DNA of 23,158 bases, taken from NCBI GenBank assembly GCA_024626585.2, contig JANKJI020000001.1, forward strand, positions 5,295,384-5,318,541, written 5' to 3'. The translations under genes were made by a program, and so were the position numbers. The notes below the pieces were generated by a model, which searched no databases, was not told where the DNA came from, and saw only the letters and a program-made list of their open reading frames with translations. Positions 1-8,191 of the stretch are shown here, in pieces. Positions within the stretch are counted from its first letter, which is position 1. Every line of letters begins with the position of its first letter. Source of the stretch: Ginkgo biloba (lineage: Eukaryota; Plantae; Ginkgophyta).

Positions 1-821
1 CCCAGTTTAACACCTAGTAGAAATCACAATTTTGATTTTGTTCAAATTGTTCGAATCAATCTACTAAAACATGTGCACAAGGGGAGTTCATGTTAAGTTG
101 GCTCTTCAAAAAATAGTACCACCGAATTTGATGTATAATCGAATTTACACATACATTATTGTTGTGGGGATTGTTTGTTGTGAATAGGTGTATTTACACT
201 TCTTATTAGTACATGTTGTAGGTAGGTTATGATGAATTAGATGATTAATTAGCCATTGTTGTTTTAGTTAGCAAGAGCTACGTGATGGCAAGTCCTTGTT
301 GTTTGATAGTTTTTAGAAAAAAATGGAATGTATTAATTCATATAGCAAAAACTAATTCTTGGAATGAAAAGAGTTAAATACAAAAATAATTTTGAGATTC
401 CCTTATGGAATCTTAAAATCAATCGATTCCTTAACTCAATTCTTTGGAAAAGATAAAAAAAGAAGCCTATCTTTAACTCAATTCGTGCAGTAGTAACGTA
501 AGTTATGGCATGACCAATACATCAAAGGGAAGTCCTTTTCCCCAGGAGATTGGCCATTACTATGTGATTTTCGCTTTGATAAGTTTCCTAAAGAATTCCA
601 AGTCCATTTAATGGGGTCTTATGGGATTAAAGAAGTTTATCTCAATAGAGCATCACGACTACTAACAATTGATAGTGTAGGATATGCTCTATTTGTCAAG
701 GGATGCCTCCTGAAAGTAAATCATAAACCTTTGAGTAAGGATCATTTCATTTGGTAGTTATCTTCCACAACTACCTTACAGTTGGTAGTTGTAAAATCTT
801 CTTCTTCTTGATCCTACTATT

Positions 822-1143
822 TTCATTCAGGTGCTCCGCTACATAATCACCATCACCCATTTTCAAGGTGTATAACTTCTTTCACAGAAAAAGTTTATTA
901 ACCAAGGATTTAGCCCAGTACAAGTCCCCTAACTTCTTCTAGAGTTTCACCACGGTGGGTTCTTCGAAAACGTTCAACAACATTGAATCGACCAAACAAA
1001 GTCTGATAAGGCTTCTCACCTTTCTATCCAGCACTTCTCACTCTTCGTCTTTCATAGTAGAGGGTTTGGTTCCATATACTGCATCCCATAGATCTTGATC
1101 TATAAGCAAATCCTCCATCTTGAGCTTCCACAACTCAAAGTTA
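822..1143 (-). mobile_element. Degenerate Ty1/copia gag N-terminus (UBN2-type)
   Basis: Single frame: NFELWKLKMEDLLIDQDLWDAV...EE*EVLDRKVRSLIRLCLVDSMLLNV...KL*KKLGDLYWAKSLVNKLFL*KKLYTLKMGDGDYVAEHLN. The three stops fall where W, W and R are expected. Confidence 0.88.
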
Positions 1144-1344
1144 NNNNNNNNNNNNNNNNNNNNNNNNNNNNNNNNNNNNNNNNNNNNNNNNNNNNNNNNN
1201 NNNNNNNNNNNNNNNNNNNNNNNNNNNNNNNNNNNNNNNNNNNGTAAATAGTATTCCATAGCATCTAAGAAATGGGAAAGAAGACCCTCCACTAATACAT
1301 CAGTGAAGCAATTTTCTAGACGGTTGCTGAAATAATCAAAATTA

Positions 1345-1531
1345 ATAAATAAGAGAGAACTTGCAAACTTATTGGGGGTTTTTAAATAAGATATTTTTTC
1401 CTCTATTTTAGAACATATTACTAACCTTAAATTATTGATGAAACATAAAGAGATTGTTAATAGTCCAACCTTAGCTATTTTTTGCACAATCGTGCATGAA
1501 TAAGCATTTGAAGAATTGATGCAAATTGGAT
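1345..1531 (+). mobile_element. Degenerate LTR-retrotransposon gag segment with zinc-knuckle remnant (probably gypsy)
   Basis: Reads INKRELANLLGVFK*DIFSSILEHI...PTLAIFCT, then after a frameshift CMNKHLKN*CKLD. This resembles the ELxNLLxxFKxDI...LAIFCxxCxxKHxxxxCxLD pattern recalled from conifer gypsy gag. Confidence 0.5.
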
Positions 1532-2062
1532 GTTTCCTTTATTGAGGAAGAATAAGATAGATAGTTTTTAAGGAAGTTGAAGGAGATGATGATGCATTCA
1601 CACAAATATTCTTGATGTAGATGCATAAATGAAGAGGGGGATGGAATCAAGGAAGAGAGAGAATAATAGGTCAATATGAGTCATATTAGGAACCAAGGTA
1701 CACTCTCAATATGTACCCTTATTTTTGGATTCCTTATGATAATTATCATATGGAAGGGGATTTGAGTAGATACCTACCTAATACTCTCCCTGTCTTCTAT
1801 AATTTATTTCCCCACTCCACCCATATTATCCTTCTAAGACTGGTAATTTTTATGTTGATATTATGATCTAGTTTAACCATTAGCCACATATGAATCGACC
1901 TAACTATGTACCCTATCTTCCACATCTAGCAAGGTCAACAAACCCTTTCTAAAATAAACATCATCAATCACCCTAAGATCCTCAACTCATGCTACCAACA
2001 CAGGTTGTTCCTAATCTAGCTATTAATAAATAATAGTATAATTCTTGTTCGATTAAAACATA

Positions 2063-2371
2063 TGTTAGAATAAATTATTATTAATTAATGTTGAATATGT
2101 AGAGTCAGGATATGAAACAAATGGTCACTAATGTGAAGAGTCACAAATGGATTTTGTAATGAATATTTGAAGGATATTTGAGGTAAAGAAATGCACCTAG
2201 ACTAAGAAAGTTCTAGGTACTAGTTTACAGATGCAAGCTAGTACCTTAGCTAAGTAAAGGAATTGTTTATTTTATTTATGTGACTTTGTTGTGAAAATTT
2301 ATGTTAATTCAAAGTTTTATTTATGTGCTAATATTCTTCCTATGTCTTATACAATTCTACATGGTATCAGA
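2063..2371 (+). mobile_element. LTR remnant followed by a tRNA-Met(i) primer-binding site
   Basis: ...ttctaCA ending at 2361 is directly followed by TGGTATCAGA (2362-2371), the canonical PBS start. The 5' TG end is uncertain: tgttag at 2063 or tgttga at 2089. Confidence 0.55.
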
Positions 2372-4710
2372 TCCATTGGCTCATGATCCTAGATGACCTA
2401 TGGAAATTAGTTTTTAATGTAAAAATATCTATGTGCATAGGGTGATGGATGGATTTGTTAATTCACCTATCATTATTCATCCAGAGTAGAAATACATAAC
2501 CATGTAGGGATGAAAATGNNNNNNNNNNNNNNNNNNNNNNNNNNNNNNNNGATGGTTGTCTTATATAAGTTGCCTGATATCATCAAAGGAAAACAAGAAC
2601 ACAATCATATGACCAGATAAAGAGAGGGTATGAAACTCTAACCTGGATTTAAAAACATAAAAATAAAAGAAACCTTAGTGTGGGGCTTATAAATAAAGAA
2701 AAATATGTGGCTGATTTATAGAAGCAGACAAATCAGGCTATAAATAAAAAAATTGAAGAGAAATAGGCCATGCAAGGTTGTGGAGATGCATGTAGATCAA
2801 ACTTGCAACAATAAATAAAAAATGACATTTGTGATGCACATGAATAAGCCACATGGGGAGTAGTAGCTAAAGAGGGATGAAAAGAAACCCTCACAGGATT
2901 AGGGAAGCTTATCATGGATGAAGAAGGGCCTCATGGGCTACATGAAGCAAAACATGCCATGGTTGAGCATCCAATGGGCATGTAAGGATGCTAGGAAATA
3001 TAGAATGCTATCATGAGCTGTAAAGAGGGATGATGGGTTGGGGAAAGGTTGAGTAGAAGCCACGATTGAGAAAAATATGATGCATAAGTTTGGATATGTA
3101 TGCCATGAGTGATTCATGAAGAATATTTGAGAGAATGAGTGAAAATGATGAACAATGCAATGACGACCAAATGCACACGTGATGCAATTTTTTTTAAAAG
3201 TTTTCTAAAGTCAAAATGAATTTAATCATATTGAAAAGCATTTGGAATTTTCCCCTAAACATTAAGCCCCTAGGTCACATTGGATAAAGTGTTTTTTTTT
3301 TTTTTTTTTTCAAGCTGGAGAGCNNNNNNNNNNNNNNNNNNNNNNNNNNNNNNNNNNNNNNNNNNNNNNNNNNNNNNNNNNNNNNNNNNNNNNNNNNNNN
3401 NNNNNNNNNNNNNNNNNNNNNNNATATATATAAATACATACATATACATAGATGTATATATAAATAAATGAGTTTTTCTCTATCTTTTACAACATTAAAA
3501 GGTTAAAAATCATTCTTTTCCAATCAACAATGTTTATAAAAATAAAAAATGCAAAATAAATTAATAGAACTTACTTAATTTAAAACAAAAAGAAGTAAAT
3601 CAGTTTTTTCCTTTTCCCTTAGTTTCTTACTATTGCATGTGACCTCATTTTTAAGAACTCGAGGGATGAAATTTAGAACTTAGCACCTTATCCTTAAGAT
3701 AGGGATTACCTATTGGTCATATGATTATTTCATATGATTGTGACACTAATGAAAGGGGATAATATTCTAAGTAGCTTCTAAGTTCTTAATATTCGGTCTT
3801 ATGGTGATCCATATGACTATGATAAGTCCCAAATAGAAAATAATTAAAACAAAGTTTAAACTTTTGGAAAAAAAATAATTTCTTCAAATTGACCTGCGCA
3901 TAACCACAACCTACTTTGATTGATTAAATCAATCCTTTTCCTAATTTTGTTCACNNNNNNNNNNNNNNNNNNNNNNNNNNNNNNNNNNNNNNNNNNNNNN
4001 NATACTACAAAGAGTTTTCATAGGTTTTAGCAAAGGAAAGTCCTCACTTTTATTAATTATGGATTCTTTAGAATTAAATTACTGTGTCAACTAATGCATG
4101 TAATTCAATCAACTTAAACCTAAAAAATCAAGAGTAGAAGAAATTTGTCATACACATCAAGTCTTACATAGAGCTTGTAATATAAATTAGGTGTCCTTTA
4201 GAGAAAAATTATGTAATGAGAGAGCACCTATGACTCTTGAGATAACATTTTGGGTATAATAGGACCAATTATGCAATAATCACACCTCTTAACATCTCTC
4301 ATATAATTATTTCACTGTAATCAATAAAATAAGCCATCTAACCTAGTTTATGTGCATGTCTTTGATGATTTGGAGAGATCTGATGAGTTTTCCAAGCTTG
4401 ATAATCCTCTTAAACACTTCATGAGATCCAATTCCATCTTGCCATACCTTTTATGTATATAGATCCTTCAAAATCTTTAGAAAACTTAACATCGCTAATT
4501 TTCATTTGCAAATTAGTGGCATCGCTAAATAATGCACACTTCTATGATGCCCCTCTATAACCATAAAAAAAAAAGTGATGACGACCATTTTTAGTCGAAA
4601 AAAATAAAATNNNNNNNNNNNNNNNNNNNNNNNNNNNNNNNNNNNNNNNNNNNNNNNNNNNNNNNNNNNNNNNNNNNNNNNNNNNNNNNNNNNNNNNNNN
4701 NNNNNNNNNN

Positions 4711-5405
4711 TCTCGTTCAGGCATTTTGTCAAATACAATGCGTGCGTTCTCTATGCTTTTACATTTTCCATACATGTTTACAAGAACATTTCCCACAAAG
4801 ACATTTGACTGAAATCCATATGTAATTATTTCTTCATGTACCTTTTTGAGGGCAGCCAAATTAGCACATGCTGGGAGTACACTCGCAAAGGTGAACTGAC
4901 TGGGTTCGATATCTGTTTTATGCATTTGGTAAAACAGTTCCAAGGCCTCCTCGGCACGGCCATGCCTGGCATAAGATGCAATCATCACGGTCCATGAGAC
5001 GACATCTCGTTCAGGCATTTGGTCGAAAACTCTGCAAGCATCTACCAGACGTCCGCACTTGGCATACATGGTGACAAGTTTATTTCCTAAGGAGATATCT
5101 TGGTATTTGAATCCTGTTTGAATGGTGTGGGCATGGACTAGTTTGCCCTCTTGCAGAGCTTTATCGTTAAGACACCCTTGCAAGAGAGAAGCATAAGTAC
5201 AGTCATATACAGGCTGGTCTATGAAATGGAGAATGTGGAGCGCATCTTTCAATCGACCCTGCTTGCAGAGCGTTCTCACAGAGCTGTTGTTGGCATTGCT
5301 TTCTCTTTCAACAGAGATAGTGGTAGTCTTTCTACCCTGAACGGGGATCATTTGCCCAACGAACAAAACCATCGTTATCTTTTCATTCTTTACTGGCCGT
5401 GCCAT
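4711..5405 (-). CDS. PLS-class pentatricopeptide repeat (PPR) protein, 5' part; 3' end lost in the gap 4611-4710
   Basis: Stop-free frame from ATG 5405 (context GCAATGGCA; in-frame TAG TAA just upstream; the ORF track start at 5411 is a TTG). Alternating L/S/P motifs: TYASLLQGCLNDKALQEGKLVHAH, LGNKLVTMYAKCGRLVDACRVFDQMPERDV, VSWTVMIASYARHGRAEEALELFYQM, FTFASVLPACANLAAL, FVGNVLVNMYGKCKSIENARIVFDKMPER. No E or DYW domain is visible before the gap. Confidence 0.93.
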
Positions 5406-5540
5406 TGCCAATGCTGTTTCTGCTCTGCAAACTCTATTTTTTTACTAGTGAGATGGAATGAATTCGAACGACAAAAAGCAGAACCTGCTAATTCCATTTT
5501 CAAACATCCGGTGATGAGTACAAGGGCCGAACAAGCCACT

Positions 5541-5651
5541 GTTGGATTTAAGGAAAATTATAAGAATATAAACCACCTATTTTATTGGCCTGCTATGAAG
5601 ACTAATATCACAAAGTTCTTAGCCGAATGTGATGTTTTCCAAACATACAAC
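5541..5651 (+). mobile_element. Ty3/gypsy integrase zinc-binding (H2C2) domain fragment
   Basis: VGFKENYKNINHLFYWPAMKTNITKFLAECDVFQT fits the gypsy pattern GFxKTYxxxxxxFYWPxMKxDIxKFVAECxVCQ. The second Cys reads as Phe. Confidence 0.75.
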
Positions 5652-5733
5652 CCACTTTACAAAGCCATTGTGACCCCAGATGCTTCAACAGTGATTTCTT
5701 CCACTGACTCCGCATAAAACACTCAGACCTTAC

Positions 5734-5807
5734 CTCTTCAACAAAGCCTCCGCTTCCTCGGGGGTCATTTGTTCACCGAAAGAGATTGTGCTGTTCCCAC
5801 CTGCAGG
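5734..5807 (-). CDS. 74-nt exon of a DUF4057-family plant gene (exon-2 equivalent); probably a gene fragment
   Basis: Minus strand reads gtttgttttgtttgagctgcag|CCTGCAGGTGGG...TTGAAGAG|gtaagg. Translation PAGGNSTISFGEQMTPEEAEALLK(R) resembles the recalled DUF4057 N-terminal motif P(A/S)xGIxxxxFGxxxTxEEAExLxKR. Too short to appear in the ORF track. Confidence 0.7.
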
Positions 5808-6035
5808 CTGCAGCTCAAACAAAACAAACACGTAAATCCAAATCTACCACCCGATCTACGCACTAGATAAATCAAAGAAATAAAATGCCGGGCTTGGATC
5901 TACTTCAAATGCAGCTCAGAAAGAAACTTTGGCAATGCACAATGGACATTTCAGAGGACTAGAACTGCCAGGAGAAAATGCATACGGAGAAAACTTCGAA
6001 AGAAAAGAAAGAAGAGGAGAAAAAGGAAGAAATAC
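5808..6035 (-). other. Putative 228-nt GT-AG intron upstream of the DUF4057 exon
   Basis: Donor GAG|gtattt at 6036/6035, followed by a long CT-rich tract. The 3' end is T-rich and finishes in tgcag at 5808. Confidence 0.55.
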
Positions 6036-6168
6036 CTCAAGTTATGTTGTTCAAATCATTGGTCGGATCTCAAGAAAAAGAGACTTGATTGCAATCATTC
6101 ACACTGGCATCTTTCCTTGATGATGAATTTACTCAAAGTGAAACTAATATTTCAAACCTTTTCTGCAG

Positions 6169-6295
6169 CTCTGTTAATGTAACATTGGAAAAGCTATGCA
6201 TGGAAGGAAACCGGAAGCAGGCAAAATATGCTGTTTCTGCGATTGCAGCACTAAGTGATGATTGTGGTCTTAAATCATTGTCTGTCTTATACAAG
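6169..6295 (+). CDS. PDS5: Single 127-nt internal exon of a sister chromatid cohesion protein PDS5 homolog; no neighbouring exons recognised in the window
   Basis: Branch-like CTAAT at 6144-6148, acceptor ttttctgcag ending at 6168, donor AAG|gtatgt at 6295/6296. Translation SVNVTLEKLCMEGNRKQAKYAVSAIAALSDDCGLKSLSVLYK matches the plant PDS5 segment recalled as LERxCxEGNRKQAKYAVHALAxITKDDGLKSLSVLYK. Confidence 0.85.
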
Positions 6296-6339
6296 GTATG
6301 TTTGTCTGCTTGCAGGCAGTACGATACTTGCTGTATTCA

Positions 6340-6814
6340 TCATTTGGATCAACAAATTTTTATCAGGAGTTTGTTCATAGCTATTTAGATATTGTTGTAC
6401 TACTACACGCTCTCACAAAGAGCAAGGTCCCTTTTCATTGGGGCCCCAACCAAATGCATGCTTTTAAATAGCTAAAAGATGCCTTATGCACTACTGTTGC
6501 CCTCCAACTTCCTGAGCTATAATTACCATTCGAAGTGTAGATGGACGCTTCCCAATTTGCCATGGGAGATGTACTTAAATATGGAGGACACACTGTTACG
6601 TGCCATTTTAAGAATTTCTCACAGGCCAAACAAAACTACAACACACATGACAAGGAGTTATATGCCCTTGTCCAAGTCTTAAAGTACTGGAGACATTTTC
6701 TCTTGGGTAAAGAGACAATTGTGTAGACCTATCATCAGCCTCTCTAGTCTTTGCACTCAGTCCCGAATTCATGAGCACATGCATATGAAGTGGGAATCAT
6801 ACCCACAACAGTTT
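6340..6814 (+). mobile_element. Degenerate Ty3/gypsy pol fragment (RT C-terminus, connection, RNase H)
   Basis: Reads FGSTNFYQEFVHSYLDIVVLLHALTKSKVPFHWGPNQMHAFK*LKDALC...LPFEV*MDASQFAMGDVL...NYNTHDKELYALVQVLKYWRHFLLGKETIV*TYHQPL. Contains the DAS, ELYA and WRHxLLG motifs, four stops and a frameshift. Confidence 0.9.
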
Positions 6815-7802
6815 NNNNNNNNNNNNNNNNNNNNNNNNNNNNNNNNNNNNNNNNNNNNNNNNNNNNNNNNNNNNNNNNNNNNNNNNNNNNNNNNNNNNNN
6901 NNNNNNNNNNNNNNTAGCAATCATTCTAGTCATTTGGTTCGCATATGCAAGGAAGGCTTAAGGGGGTCCAGCTGGCCTCTGAAAATTTACTTTGTGTCAA
7001 TGTTACAGCATTAACTATCCGACCAACAAATGGCCATTCGTAACACTACTTTGGACGCTGGCTTCTGGTTTGAATCGTGCTCTTAAATTTAATTTACTTT
7101 TTTCTATGTAACATGTTTATGCACAAATTTTAAATTCCCTTAATTTTGTCTTATATTTCCATCTTGCTATTCTATTGGACTACCAATGTGCTTGCGCAAA
7201 GAAATGGTAGCATGTTGCAATTCTATATGTATTTATATATGTAAATTTTGAAATTCAAACTATTTTCAATGCATTTCATAGGTGCACCTAATTTTTAATG
7301 TTCTTTTCGCAATTGAATTTATACTACGTGCACTCTTAATGATAAGTTGTTTGTTGGCCAAATAGTTTGTGCTTAATGTTCTTGTTGTGTTATAATGTAT
7401 CTAATAGGTGAACTTGTGTTTAATGCATGAAACAACATGAATGGATTTTGAATTAAGTTCACTTGTTTTTATCCAATCAATTTGTTTTTTTTTTGTGTAA
7501 TGAAGTAATAAACTTAGGTCTAGTTTTTGTTCACTTGTTAAGATGCCACATCATATAGGGGTTGGGCCTTTAAGGGATAGTGCCAAGAAATGGGTCTTAA
7601 AGCTTTTTCACTCACTCATTTGACCCGATCAATGAATAGTAGGTTCGAGAGGGAATGGATATCACAAATCTCCCTAGCAATTCTTCCAATCAAAAAACAC
7701 CTTAAGAAGGCATAATAATCAAAGAAATCAAGAAAGGTAAAATGGAATTAGATCCTATGTCTACTTCGAAGAAAAATTGATAAATCGATACAAGAGAAGT
7801 AA

Positions 7803-8191
7803 TGTTAACCAAATCTTAAAATAAAGCAGAAAGAAAATAATATGAGCACATCCACATAGAATACACAATATTTTTACCCTGGGAAACACTTTCGGGAAAA
7901 AACACGGCAAAACAACACTTAATTATGATATCAAACCTAGTGCTCCAAACCTCCACACTTCTCTTTCTTCACACTCACCTTTATGATACATGAGTATTTA
8001 TCAACACACCAATACAAGAAACTACTAAGTGGCAATACAAATATGTGGGTACAAAATTGTAGGCCCCCATAACGGCCCAAAAAATAAATCTTGGGGGGTC
8101 GTTGGCACCCTAGACCCCTCATTTGGGGGGTCTTCATGGCCCCATAGACCCCCCAATCGAGGCGGAGTGTACAGTCTATAGGGATGTAACA
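7803..8191 (-). mobile_element. Probable solo LTR (about 390 bp)
   Basis: Ends TGTTA...TAACA. Internal motif ttaccctgggaaacactttcgggaaaaaacac and G/C-run blocks (ggggggtc...ctagacccc) of the kind seen in conifer LTRs. No TSD (agtaa vs tttat), no PBS and no PPT. Confidence 0.45.

Noticed and set aside
1038-1487. 149-aa minus-strand ORF as one gene
   Set aside because: It joins two contigs across a 100-N gap. Only the part at or below 1143 is copia gag.
4488-4600. Repeated catcgctaa motif suggestive of CACTA subterminal repeats
   Set aside because: Only two copies, and no CACTA terminus is visible.
4542-4610. Apparent PPR C-terminus ILFFSTKNGRHHFFFYGYRGAS
   Set aside because: It lies across an unknown-size gap and has no PPR, E or DYW character.
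5440-5452. CTAG-T as a Helitron 3' end
   Set aside because: No convincing GC-rich hairpin upstream on either strand.
5151-5717. 188-aa plus-strand ORF
   Set aside because: It has a non-ATG start and is a composite of antisense PPR, integrase scrap and antisense intron sequence, not a coherent protein.
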